Source: Armatimonadota bacterium (GTDB taxonomy: Bacteria; Armatimonadota; Fimbriimonadia; Fimbriimonadales; Fimbriimonadaceae). Taken from it: a stretch of DNA of 64,000 nucleotides. Below the pieces are notes generated by a model. It saw nothing but the letters and a program-made list of their open reading frames with translations. It searched no databases and was not told the DNA's origin. The DNA is taken from the NCBI GenBank assembly GCA_016125185.1, contig WGMG01000009.1, positions 34,314-98,313 on the forward strand, in the 5' to 3' direction. Positions 17,995 to 28,538 of the stretch are shown here, piece by piece (position 1 is the first letter of the stretch; each line of letters begins with the position of its first letter). A program made the position numbers and the translations under genes.

Positions 17995-19011
17995 GTGTCG
18001 AGTTCGTTAGCAAATCGTTTCATCACCTTTTCGAACGAGTGCGAAGGTTCCAGCGAGCTTTACCAAAACCTTTCGGTGCGTATCGCCCAGGACGAAGACA
18101 TGCTTGGCCTGGCGGCGACCAGTCGCGAGGGGCAACCCGAGCCCAATATGCTTTTCGGCGCCGTACAGTACATGTTACTGACCGGCAAGACCAATCCGCT
18201 CAGCCGATATTTTCCCAGCATCACCATGACTCCCGAGAGCCCGGATATGGCCTTTCCGGCCTTTCGAAAATTTGCTCTCCAGCATCAAGGTGAAATTGAA
18301 GACTTGCTCGGTTCAAAGCTGGTTCAGACCAACGAGGTTCAGCGCTCGGCTTACATCTTTCCGGCCATCGTCACTACCCATCGCCTCTTCGGCGATCGAC
18401 CGATCTCGATGATCGAAATTGGCGCGAGTGCCGGTTTCAATCTGCTTTGGGACCAATACAGCTACCAGTACGACGAAGACGAACCCGTTGGTCTGCTCGC
18501 TTCAAGCCTTAAAGTGACGAGCTCTTTCCAGGGCGATAAGCGCCCGGACCTAAGCGGTGGATTTCCGACCATCAATTCTCGGGTTGGCATCGACCTCAAC
18601 CCCGTCGATCTGTTGGACAAGGACCAGATCACATGGCTTCAGGCCTTGATCTGGCCTGAGCATTTCGAGCGACGCGCCCGCTTTGCCAAGGCGGCGCGAA
18701 TTGCGATGGTCAACCCGGTCAATGTGATTCAAGGAGACGCGGTAGAACTCCTGCCCGGTCAACTCGCTGAGATTCCGGCGACCGACGTTGCCTACGTTTA
18801 CCACACCCACGTGGCTAACCAGATGAGCCTTGAACAGCGGACCAAGCTGTTCGAGACCATCGACGAGTTCGGCAAGAAGCAGGACATCGTTCACTTGTAC
18901 AACAACGTTGAGCCGCACTTCCATGCGACTATTTATCGCAACGGCGAGCGCATTGACCGTCCGATTGCCAAAACCGATGGCCACGCTCGCTGGATCGAGT
19001 GGCTAGACTAG
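17995..19011 (+). CDS. DUF2332-like protein
   Basis: The N-terminus FITFSNECEGSSELYQNLSVRIAQDEDMLGLA resembles what I recall of DUF2332. The assignment is from memory only. Confidence 0.55.
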   Translation: MSSSLANRFITFSNECEGSSELYQNLSVRIAQDEDMLGLAATSREGQPEPNMLFGAVQYMLLTGKTNPLSRYFPSITMTPESPDMAFPAFRKFALQHQGEIEDLLGSKLVQTNEVQRSAYIFPAIVTTHRLFGDRPISMIEIGASAGFNLLWDQYSYQYDEDEPVGLLASSLKVTSSFQGDKRPDLSGGFPTINSRVGIDLNPVDLLDKDQITWLQALIWPEHFERRARFAKAARIAMVNPVNVIQGDAVELLPGQLAEIPATDVAYVYHTHVANQMSLEQRTKLFETIDEFGKKQDIVHLYNNVEPHFHATIYRNGERIDRPIAKTDGHARWIEWLD

Positions 19012-19313
19012 CCTTCAGGCGCGACTCGAACGATAGTCCCTGGTACGAGTGAGGCGATGCACTTCTCGACTTGACCACAAGGCGCAACCACTGACGCTTT
19101 GCCCTGGCTGGCCGGTTTCAGAATCAGAATCGAGATTCTTCTTCCCGTCATGTTCTGTTCGGAAGGGATGTTATCATCGAGTGTAAGGAGGACGTCAAAT
19201 CCGTTCTCTTCGGCTCTTCTCAAAAGCTCTCCATTCTTCGTGCCGCTCCAACCGAGGCGAGTAACACTTGAGCAGTCGTGAGATAAGAGATGATTGGCAA
19301 GACTGAACGGCAT
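19008..19313 (-). CDS. DUF5615 family PIN-like (Mut7-C-like) protein, toxin-like partner of DUF433
   Basis: LTLDDNIPSEQNM...ISILILK is typical. The in-frame upstream codons read I-K-L-L-F-D-E-N-M, matching the usual family N-terminus MK.L.DENL. The real start is therefore probably upstream (ATA at about 19335-19337 or CTG 19326-19328) and not a canonical ATG. Confidence 0.65.
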   Translation of the reverse strand: MPFSLANHLLSHDCSSVTRLGWSGTKNGELLRRAEENGFDVLLTLDDNIPSEQNMTGRRISILILKPASQGKASVVAPCGQVEKCIASLVPGTIVRVAPEG

Positions 19314-19336
19314 GTTTTCGTCGAACAGGAGTTTTA

Positions 19337-19579
19337 TTAACTCGCCAATTCGATTCCGGCCTCAACACGGGTCCGGTCCTGTTGCCAACCGACGACCGTC
19401 AACGCTTGATCTCTGGAAACGGACGGATATTCCTGAACAAAATCGTCGACGCCCACTCCTTCGTCGAGGTTGTCTAAAAGAACGGTCAAAGGAACGCGAG
19501 TTCCAGCCAAGCATAGTTCACCGTGCATGACATCGGGATCCATGCTTAGCACTTTTTCAAGCCCTACTGGAATGACCAT
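19337..19579 (-). CDS. DUF433 domain protein (antitoxin-like)
   Basis: DPDVMHGELCLAGTRVPLTVLLDNLDEGVGVDDFVQEYPSVSRDQALTVVGW matches the DUF433 pattern (G.P.i.GTRv.V..vl). Confidence 0.75.
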   Translation of the reverse strand: MVIPVGLEKVLSMDPDVMHGELCLAGTRVPLTVLLDNLDEGVGVDDFVQEYPSVSRDQALTVVGWQQDRTRVEAGIELAS

Positions 19580-19610
19580 CTCAACCCTATTCTACGAGAA
19601 ATGAGGAATT

Positions 19611-19642
19611 CAAAAACAAAAAAGACCCCCAAAATGGGAGCC
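19611..19642 (-). terminator. Intrinsic terminator about 95 nt downstream of the 16S 3' end
   Basis: The reverse strand reads GGCUCCCA-UUU-UGGGGGUC (8 bp including 2 G-U) followed by UUUUUUGUUUUUG. Confidence 0.55.
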
Positions 19643-19735
19643 TCAAATGTTTACGAACTTTAGAAAGCGGAGAAGAAGACAGTTTCGACCTAGATATGTC
19701 GGCCTCTGCAGTGCAGAAGCGAGTGCTTATCTTTT

Positions 19736-21243
<1,508 letters not shown>

Positions 21244-21436
21244 AAGTGTTGACCAAACTACCTACCCGAAGGTAGGATTTGATTCTTTACTCATTTGAAC
21301 GATCTCTACTTCCTAAGAAGGAGATCAAGACGAGTTGGATTTCAATGTTTTTCGAAATTCAACCGTCAAATCTGACTGTTCTTCTTCTTTATTCCGCTTT
21401 CAAAGATCGTTGCGTCCTTAGCTGGGCGCAGGGAAT

Positions 21437-21466
21437 ATTGTTCCTCATTTGAACTCTGAGTGTCAA
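21437..21466 (-). promoter_or_regulatory. Candidate rRNA promoter with A/T-rich UP-like element
   Basis: The reverse strand reads AAATTTTAACTTTAGGG-TTGACA-18 nt-AACAAT (-35 at 21461-21466, -10 at 21437-21442). A boxA-like CGATCTTTGAAAG lies in the leader at 21396-21409. Confidence 0.4.
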
Positions 21467-21501
21467 CCCTAAAGTTAAAATTTGTGGAAAAAGTCGAATC
21501 T

Positions 21502-22284
21502 TTAGTTCAAATCGAGGCGTCTTGAATCTTTTGCGGGTGTCTTTTCTGGGCCCATTTTGTAAGCGGCCAGAAGTGTCTCGACGTTCCATCCCTCGTGCTT
21601 GAGTCCGTAGTAGAGCTGGTCCAAGAGCTCATCCCATGCCCGCGCGCCCTTCGTCGGATTGCTGTAACACGGCACTTGCATGGCTTCCAGCTTGTCGCGG
21701 TCGCGCAAGGTCAACAGGTACTGCCCCGCCATAATCGGACCACCATTCAGTGAGGATGGCCCGCCCTTGTTCTGGTTGAATTGGCCCATCAAGCCGGGAA
21801 ACTCGTGTAAACCGATAGTGGCAAACATCGGCGCAAAATCGATGTCGCCGATCTCAAATTCCCCGGGAAGCGCCTTGATCGCTCCCTTCTTTTCCCGCAG
21901 AACTACCCAAAGGAGATGCGCTTCGCGAATTTTTGGTTCATCGATCTTGATGATCAAGGTTCGTCCGTGTCCGTTGTCATGTTCCTCGATTGCAAGCGGC
22001 ACAGACGACGGAAGATAACGGTCCAAGAAGGCGGCAAATGATTCCCGGGGCAACGTCGCGCCCTGCAACTGAGGCTCGGGGACGAGTTCGGCAAACGACT
22101 TCCAATCATGAGCATGCACCGCCTCGCGAATCCTCGCTAGACGCGTCGATGGAATTTCCCTCTTCTTCATGGACAAGACGACAAGGCAGACCACCAGGAT
22201 CACCCCGAGCCAAAGCCAAAGGCTACGAGCCAGATTTCTCTGCCTTTGCACGAACTTCCTCCAAGAGCTTGCGGTTATCCGCAA
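21502..22284 (-). CDS. Hypothetical membrane-anchored protein (paralogue of the upstream gene)
   Basis: N-terminal TM helix SLWLWLGVILVVCLVVL. Shares segments with the 22223-22894 product (HDWKSFAELV vs RDWDRLVENL; LRDRDKLEAMQVPCYSNPTKGARAWDELL vs VEDQKDRLMQMGITPYHLYSPAKTWDEYI). The start is uncertain because the longest ORF overlaps the upstream gene by 62 nt. Confidence 0.5.
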   Translation of the reverse strand: MRITASSWRKFVQRQRNLARSLWLWLGVILVVCLVVLSMKKREIPSTRLARIREAVHAHDWKSFAELVPEPQLQGATLPRESFAAFLDRYLPSSVPLAIEEHDNGHGRTLIIKIDEPKIREAHLLWVVLREKKGAIKALPGEFEIGDIDFAPMFATIGLHEFPGLMGQFNQNKGGPSSLNGGPIMAGQYLLTLRDRDKLEAMQVPCYSNPTKGARAWDELLDQLYYGLKHEGWNVETLLAAYKMGPEKTPAKDSRRLDLN

Positions 22285-22894
22285 TGTATTCGTCCCACGT
22301 CTTGGCTGGGCTATAAAGATGGTACGGCGTGATCCCCATCTGCATCAGCCGATCTTTCTGATCCTCCACGAACCTTAGCACCGACGATGTCACATCCGAT
22401 CGCATCGGCGGATACTCCGCGTAAGCCACGCGGTAGAACGTCACATAGAACGACAGCACCACCTGCTTGCCTTGAAAGATGCCGAATCGACGTCCCTCGA
22501 CCGGCATTTGGAACCAGGCGACGTCGTCCGTATAGTCCAACTGAAGAAAATTGAATCGCCGCCTGCCCCAAGTCGGCTGATACGCCACTTCCTCGTTGGG
22601 GATCGGCACCATGGAAGACTCCCACTTGCGCGACACCAAATCGAACTCCCGCCGATCCAAAACCGGCTCGACATAGGTGCGAAGGAACTGGGCTAGCGCC
22701 GGCTTCGACGGCGAGCGAGGGTAGTTCTTGTAGGTTAGGTTCTCGACCAGTCGATCCCAGTCCCGATGCTTGAAGGCGTCCTTCGCCACCTCATACTGGC
22801 TTCGCGTCGCCTGCTGCTCGTACCCAAACCCGCATGTGGCCGAGATCAGCAGCACGCCGATGGAAAGAAACACCCATTTCCATCGACCTTTCAT
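22223..22894 (-). CDS. Hypothetical membrane-anchored/secreted protein (paralogue of 21502-22284)
   Basis: N-terminal hydrophobic segment WKWVFLSIGVLLISATCGF. Similar to the downstream neighbour. No family recognised. Confidence 0.5.
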   Translation of the reverse strand: MKGRWKWVFLSIGVLLISATCGFGYEQQATRSQYEVAKDAFKHRDWDRLVENLTYKNYPRSPSKPALAQFLRTYVEPVLDRREFDLVSRKWESSMVPIPNEEVAYQPTWGRRRFNFLQLDYTDDVAWFQMPVEGRRFGIFQGKQVVLSFYVTFYRVAYAEYPPMRSDVTSSVLRFVEDQKDRLMQMGITPYHLYSPAKTWDEYIADNRKLLEEVRAKAEKSGS

Positions 22895-23041
22895 ATGGTC
22901 ATTGTAACGTTGATTTCAGGCATCAGTTCCCAGGCTTCAGGATTCAGCGAGAATTTAAAGCTGAAGCCTGAAACCCATGCCCTTGCCCTAGCGAAGCGAG
23001 CCCTAAGGCGAAGCCGTCGCCCAAGCGCAAAGCGCGTGCCC

Positions 23042-24046
23042 TCATCCATTCACAAACGACATCGCAAACTCTTCGTACCGAGCGCCCGACGGCGGCTCAA
23101 TCGAATTCAAGTCCGCCAAGTCTGCTGCCGACAGCACCAGCGAGTCCGCCGCCGCGTTCTCTTCTAGATAAGGAATCCGCTTCGTGCCCGGAATCGTTAC
23201 CACGTGGTCGCCCTGCGCCAACACCCACGCCAACGCTACTTGACCAAGCGTGGCGTCGTGCCGCGCCGCGACTTCCTTCACCTTCTCCACAATCGCCATG
23301 TTGGCAGCAAAGGCCTCGCCGGCGAAGCGGGGATTGCGACGTCGCCAATCGTCCGGGGCAAAGTCGTCCACCGACTGATACTTGCCCGTTAGGAACCCGC
23401 GTCCAAGCGGCGAATATGCCACGAAGGTAATCCCAAGCTCGCCCGTCACCGGAATCACGTCCGACACATAGTCGCGTGTCCACAAGGAAAGCTCGCTCTG
23501 CACAGCCGCAATCGGATGCACGGCATGCGCCTTTCGAATCGTCTCCGCCGATGCCTCGCTGAGGCCGATATTGAGAATCTTCCCTTCCTTCACTAGCTCC
23601 GCCAGCGCGCCAACCGACTCTTCGATCGGCACCATCGGGTCCACCCGGTGCTGATAGTAAAGATCGACGTGATCGACGCCCAAGCGACTCAGGCTGTTGT
23701 CGATGCACTTCCGAATGTATTCCGGCGTCCCATCAACGATCCACGGGGCGTTTGCCGCCACCTGGTTTTGGTGGGAGGTCAGCGTTCGGTCGAACACGTT
23801 GGCGAACTTTGTCGCCAAGAAAATCTGATCGCGAACCTGACTGACCCGATGCGACAAAAGCTTTTCGTTCTCGCCCGCGCCGTACAGGTCGGCGGTATCC
23901 CAGTGATTTACGCCCAATTCCAATGCCCGGTCGAGGACCTTCAGGTTGTCGTCCAACTCGCCGCCAGGCCCGTAGGCCCAGCTCATCCCCATGCATCCCA
24001 AGCCGATGCGGCCAAACGACTGCGAACCAATCACATGTTGCTTCAT
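23042..24046 (-). CDS. Aldo/keto reductase
   Basis: IGLGCMGMSWAYG, HWDTADLYGAGENE, VDLYYQHRVD and IPGTKRIPYLEEN are classic AKR family blocks. Confidence 0.85.
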   Translation of the reverse strand: MKQHVIGSQSFGRIGLGCMGMSWAYGPGGELDDNLKVLDRALELGVNHWDTADLYGAGENEKLLSHRVSQVRDQIFLATKFANVFDRTLTSHQNQVAANAPWIVDGTPEYIRKCIDNSLSRLGVDHVDLYYQHRVDPMVPIEESVGALAELVKEGKILNIGLSEASAETIRKAHAVHPIAAVQSELSLWTRDYVSDVIPVTGELGITFVAYSPLGRGFLTGKYQSVDDFAPDDWRRRNPRFAGEAFAANMAIVEKVKEVAARHDATLGQVALAWVLAQGDHVVTIPGTKRIPYLEENAAADSLVLSAADLADLNSIEPPSGARYEEFAMSFVNG

Positions 24047-24215
24047 GGACTACTTCTACTCCGTCATTCATCCCATAGTCGCCGCCATTTGGATTCCTTA
24101 ATCGACGCTCCTTTGTTCGCCCCGATAGGACCATCCTGGACACACTGTGAACCGGACGCTTTTGCTGAAGCCTCAATCCTGAATCCTGACGCCTATTTGA
24201 GCTATCCTCTTATCC

Positions 24216-26405
24216 GTGCGCGTCCAACGCATCCTGTTCTCCCTGGCGACCTTTGTAGGGTCGGCGTTGCTCTTTCTCGTGCAACCCATGGCGGCCAAGA
24301 TGCTCCTCCCGATTTTCGGCGGGTCGCCCGCCGTCTGGACCTCCGCAATGCTCTTCTTCCAGGTCGCGCTCCTGGCCGGATACGCGTACGCGCACTATTC
24401 CAATCGGCACCTCGGTCCCAAGCACCAGCGCTACCTGCACCTCGTCCTGCTCATCCTGGCCGGATTAACCCTGCCTGTCAGCCGTCACAGCCCCGTCTTC
24501 AAAGCGTTCGAAGAGAAGGCCATCGGCTCGGCCCAACCCGCTCCCCTGGTCTTCGCCCTCTTGCTTCTTTCCGTCGGGGCCGGATACTTCGTGGTCTCCA
24601 GCGGCGCACCTGTCCTCCAACGTTGGTTCGCCACCACCGACGATCCAAACGCCAAGGACCCGTACTTCATGTACGCCCTCAGCAACGCGGGCTCGATGAT
24701 CGGCCTCTTTGCCTACCCTTTCTACTTCGAACCGCGATTTGGCCTCACAGACCAAGCCAAAATTTGGCGTGACGGCTTCGTCGTGCTCGTCGCGCTCTTC
24801 GCCATCAGCGCGTTCTTCGTCAAGCATCGCAAGCCCGAGGATCCCGTCGTCGAATCTGAAGCCGAACCCGAGCGCCCGGTCACCTGGGAACAGCGCCGTC
24901 GCTGGGTTTTCTACGCGGCCATCCCGTCTTCCCTGCTCCTCGGCGCAACCTCCTACATCTCCAGCAACATCGCACCCGTTCCGCTCATCTGGGTCGTGCC
25001 GCTGGCCACCTACCTGCTGACGTTCATCCTCGCCTTCGCCTCAAAGCCACTCCTGAACGCCCGGCTCATCGCCCGGTTTCTCCCCATTCTGGTCGTTCCG
25101 CTCGCGTTTACCCAATGCATCGAGGCCACCGAGCCGCTGGTGCTCCTCGCCTCGTTCCACGTCATCGTCCTGCTTGCGACCGGCTGGATGTGCCACTCCC
25201 TGCTTGCCGAACAGCGTCCCTCTGCCCACCACCTTACCGAGTTCTATCTTTGGCTCTCTGTAGGCGGCGCGCTGGGCGGGCTATTCAATTCTCTGATCGC
25301 CCCCCACATCTTCGTCACCTACGCCGAATACCCGCTGGCGATCGTCCTTGCATGTCTGATTCGTCCCCAGACCAAGCAGTACACCCAAGACTGGGCTTGG
25401 CTGGCCTCCATCGCCGGAATTACTCTGGTGGCCATGCTCACCTTCCGCGGGCTGTTGCCACCCGGCCAGCTTCGCGCTGGACTCGCCATTGGCATTCCCC
25501 TTGTCGCCGTCTTCGCCGCCATGGACCGCGTCAAGGTCTTCGCGGCTGGGCTCGGACTCGTGTTCTTCTTCGTCAACGTCTTTGAGATCGCCGCGCCGGG
25601 GCGCATCCTCGCCACCAAGCGCTCCTTCTTTGGCGTTCATCGCGTGCTTCAAAACAAGGATTACCTCTCGCTCGTCCACGGTAATACCACGCACGGAAGA
25701 CAATCGACTCATCCCGACCTTCGGGACATGCCGCTGACCTACTATCATCCCACCGGTCCGATTGGCCAAATCTTTACCCAATCTCCGTTTATCCAGGGTG
25801 TACACCACATCGGCTTGGTGGGACTCGGCGTCGGATCACTCGCCGCTTACGGTCGCCCAGACGAGGAGATGACCTACTTCGAAATCGATCCCGAAGTACT
25901 CTATCTCGCCCGAGATTCTGGCTTTTTCACCTTCCTCAAAGACTCCAAGGCGCGAATGAAGTACGTCCTTGGAGATGCACGCTTGACCCTCTCGCAGGAA
26001 CCGGATCAGTCCTACGACTTCCTCGTCCTCGACGCCTTCAGTAGCGATGCGATTCCTACGCACCTGCTCACGCAGGAGGCCTTCGAGATGTACAACCGCA
26101 AGGTTGCCCCGGGCGGCATGATCGCCCTGCACATCTCCAACCGCTACCTCGACCTCGCTCCGGTGGTCGCCCTCACCGCCCGCAAGGCGCACCTGTGGGC
26201 CTATGAGCAAGTCGATGCGCCAAGCCCAGAAGAGGCCAAACAAGGCAAAACGCAATCCCACTGGGTCATCTTAGTCCGCGACCCTGGCGACCGCGATCGT
26301 CTGTGGAAGCCGATGTACTGGAACGACATCGACATCGGTCCCGAGGTCAAGCCGTGGACCGACGAATACGTTAACGTGCTCGGCGCCTATAACCCCGAGC
26401 AATAG
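24216..26405 (+). CDS. Polytopic membrane protein fused to a C-terminal spermidine-synthase-like domain
   Basis: About 480 aa of TM helices, then HIGLVGLGVGSLAAYG...YDFLVLDAFSSDAIPTHLLTQEAF...GGMIALHISN, a spermidine synthase-like SAM-fold signature. Confidence 0.7.
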   Translation: MRVQRILFSLATFVGSALLFLVQPMAAKMLLPIFGGSPAVWTSAMLFFQVALLAGYAYAHYSNRHLGPKHQRYLHLVLLILAGLTLPVSRHSPVFKAFEEKAIGSAQPAPLVFALLLLSVGAGYFVVSSGAPVLQRWFATTDDPNAKDPYFMYALSNAGSMIGLFAYPFYFEPRFGLTDQAKIWRDGFVVLVALFAISAFFVKHRKPEDPVVESEAEPERPVTWEQRRRWVFYAAIPSSLLLGATSYISSNIAPVPLIWVVPLATYLLTFILAFASKPLLNARLIARFLPILVVPLAFTQCIEATEPLVLLASFHVIVLLATGWMCHSLLAEQRPSAHHLTEFYLWLSVGGALGGLFNSLIAPHIFVTYAEYPLAIVLACLIRPQTKQYTQDWAWLASIAGITLVAMLTFRGLLPPGQLRAGLAIGIPLVAVFAAMDRVKVFAAGLGLVFFFVNVFEIAAPGRILATKRSFFGVHRVLQNKDYLSLVHGNTTHGRQSTHPDLRDMPLTYYHPTGPIGQIFTQSPFIQGVHHIGLVGLGVGSLAAYGRPDEEMTYFEIDPEVLYLARDSGFFTFLKDSKARMKYVLGDARLTLSQEPDQSYDFLVLDAFSSDAIPTHLLTQEAFEMYNRKVAPGGMIALHISNRYLDLAPVVALTARKAHLWAYEQVDAPSPEEAKQGKTQSHWVILVRDPGDRDRLWKPMYWNDIDIGPEVKPWTDEYVNVLGAYNPEQ

Positions 26406-26433
26406 GCCCACATTTTGTGTTATTACATAGAGT

Positions 26434-27084
26434 GTGAAAAGGCGCGGCAACTGGATTTTCGGGGGTATCTTGGCGGGTCTGGTTTTGGCCGCCATCGCCC
26501 TCTTCTTTCCCAGCCGCCGCCAAATCCGAGAAGACGAACTCCGCCAAGAGTTCTCCCGGATGTCGACGATTGAGATGGCCACCGACCAAGATTTTGCTCA
26601 ACTGCAAAGCGCCGCTTCGTTCACAATTCCCGCCAGCAAAGACAAACGCGGTGATCTGTACCTGTTCGTTCCCTCGCTCAACACGAACATTTCTCTCCTC
26701 AGCCACCCCGCAAGCAATCCGTTTGTGAGCCACAACTTCACCCACGTCGATATTCACGTCATTCCCGTCGAAATGAAGGAGTCGCCAGTTTCCAATCTCG
26801 CGGTAAAGCTCGCGCTTCGGCACAATGGCTCGGGAGCCAGCATGATTCTGGACCAAGCCGTTTCCCGCCAAACGGCGGCCCTACCCAAGCTCCTCGACGC
26901 CTGGAACGCATTGCCGCCCGACGAGCAGGCGAGCCTCACCACGGCGGTGAAAAAGAATCAGGAATTGCAGGCGAAGATGGGAGCGACCGAGGCGATCGTT
27001 CGCTATCGAAACATCTCGCTCAAATCCAAAATGTGGAGTAGTCTCCTCAACCCGTTCCTGACCCTCGACCGCTTCTACAACTAG
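26434..27084 (+). CDS. Hypothetical membrane-anchored protein
   Basis: N-terminal TM helix WIFGGILAGLVLAAIALFF. Codon third positions are GC/C-rich like neighbouring genes. Confidence 0.5.
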   Translation: MKRRGNWIFGGILAGLVLAAIALFFPSRRQIREDELRQEFSRMSTIEMATDQDFAQLQSAASFTIPASKDKRGDLYLFVPSLNTNISLLSHPASNPFVSHNFTHVDIHVIPVEMKESPVSNLAVKLALRHNGSGASMILDQAVSRQTAALPKLLDAWNALPPDEQASLTTAVKKNQELQAKMGATEAIVRYRNISLKSKMWSSLLNPFLTLDRFYN

Positions 27085-27108
27085 CTTGGCGGGTAACCTA
27101 GACTTTGC

Positions 27109-27561
27109 GTGGAGCCTATTCGGCGAATCCTTTCCAATCGGCGAGTTTTCATCACCCTGGTCATCTTCCAGGTCGTGGGCGTCTTCGCGCTCACCTCTGT
27201 TTCGGTCTTCCCAAAAACCAAAATCGGCGTGCAGTGCCCGACTGCGGCTGTGCAAGTCATCCGTGACACCGTCGTCGAGCGTACAAACTCCGGTCAACTC
27301 GAAACCGAAACCATTCTTCGCGCGCCCCGCCCCGGCGACAAAGACTTTAAGCAATGCTGCTGCGCCGAGAAGCGTGCCGGTAAGGAGCAATTGGCCAAAG
27401 AATCTGGCTCCGAAGGTCAGCGTCTGACATTGATCGCCACCGCATCTCCAACGATCTCCTTCAGTCCTCGTCTCATCATCGGTCATAAGCCGATTCGGTT
27501 GCCGTCTAATCTCGATGGCCGCCGCCCCGAACCCCAAGTTCCACCCCCAAACGTCATCTGA
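27109..27561 (+). CDS. Possible small membrane protein (uncertain)
   Basis: GTG start and one TM helix (VFITLVIFQVVGVFALTSVSVF). Codon choice (atc/ctc/gtc/ttc/acc/gcc) looks like that of neighbouring genes. Preferred over the exact-antisense ORF 26881-27537, which would overlap the upstream gene by 200 nt. Confidence 0.35.
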   Translation: MEPIRRILSNRRVFITLVIFQVVGVFALTSVSVFPKTKIGVQCPTAAVQVIRDTVVERTNSGQLETETILRAPRPGDKDFKQCCCAEKRAGKEQLAKESGSEGQRLTLIATASPTISFSPRLIIGHKPIRLPSNLDGRRPEPQVPPPNVI

Positions 27562-27632
27562 AACCTATCATCGCTCCCTAACCCCGAGGCCACAGAATGG
27601 TGTCGGGTTGATGCCCGTTTTCAGATGAATTC

Positions 27633-28538
27633 ATGAACAAACAAATCACAAGATTGTCTCTCGTCGCTTCGGCGGCCCTTGCCACCGCTTCCGCCAGTGC
27701 CTGTTCGGTCTGCATTGCCCACGCAATCGGCGCGGGGCTCCAAGCCATCGGTGCTCAAGTTCTCGAAAAGAACCACATGATCGTTGGAATCTCCTACGAG
27801 AGTTTTTCCAAGTCGCAAGACGGCAAAACGCCGGGCACGACCGAAAAGCACAATCAGACCCAGATGTCCATCGATCTGCTCAAAGGTCTGAACGACCAGG
27901 TCATGCTCCGCGCCAGTATTCCCTACGTCTACAAACGCCTCTCGGCAACGGGCGAAAGCCCAATCGACACCCAGGGCCTTGGCGACATAACCCTTGGCGC
28001 GACCTACCAGATCAAGCCAAAAACTAATCAAAAGGTCCTCCTGGGGACCACCCTCGACCTGAAGCTCCCCACCGGTAAGAACAATCTCACCGACATCAAC
28101 GGCGACCGCATGGACGAGCACACCCAACTCGGCACCGGCTCGACCGACGTGTCTCTTGGACTTCTCGCCACGATGGAAGGTGGAGAGTCGAACCTTTGGT
28201 TCGCCGGCCTCACCAGCCGCTGGAACGGGCGAAATGGCACCGGCTATCACTACGGCAACACCGTGTTCTACAACGTCGGCATGTCGCACACCCTTAGCGC
28301 CGACTCCAGTGTGGTATTGGAGTTCAACGGACGCATGGCCGCCCGCGACCGCATGGAAGATGGAACCCTCGACGGCGATAGCGGCGGTCACTTTGGTTAC
28401 CTTTCGGTGAGCTACCGCCGAGCGCTTGGCCAAAACACCGGCCTCATCGCCTCTTACCAAATCCCGGTCGTCCGTCAGCTCAACGGCTCGCAAACCGAGA
28501 CCGGTTTGCTGACCATCGGCGTCTTCACCAAAGTCTGA
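27633..28538 (+). CDS. Putative outer-membrane beta-barrel protein (MetA-pathway/transporter-like family)
   Basis: Signal peptide MNKQITRLSLVASAALATASASA. Alternating amphipathic strands and a GLGDITLGATYQI motif are typical of that OM family as I recall it. Confidence 0.5.
   Translation: MNKQITRLSLVASAALATASASACSVCIAHAIGAGLQAIGAQVLEKNHMIVGISYESFSKSQDGKTPGTTEKHNQTQMSIDLLKGLNDQVMLRASIPYVYKRLSATGESPIDTQGLGDITLGATYQIKPKTNQKVLLGTTLDLKLPTGKNNLTDINGDRMDEHTQLGTGSTDVSLGLLATMEGGESNLWFAGLTSRWNGRNGTGYHYGNTVFYNVGMSHTLSADSSVVLEFNGRMAARDRMEDGTLDGDSGGHFGYLSVSYRRALGQNTGLIASYQIPVVRQLNGSQTETGLLTIGVFTKV

Noticed and set aside
26881-27537. 218-aa minus-strand ORF
   Set aside because: It uses the same codon triplets in antisense as the + strand ORF 27109-27561. 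It would overlap the 3' end of the 26434-27084 gene by ~200 nt and breaks an otherwise all-plus gene string. The + strand alternative is itself only weakly supported.
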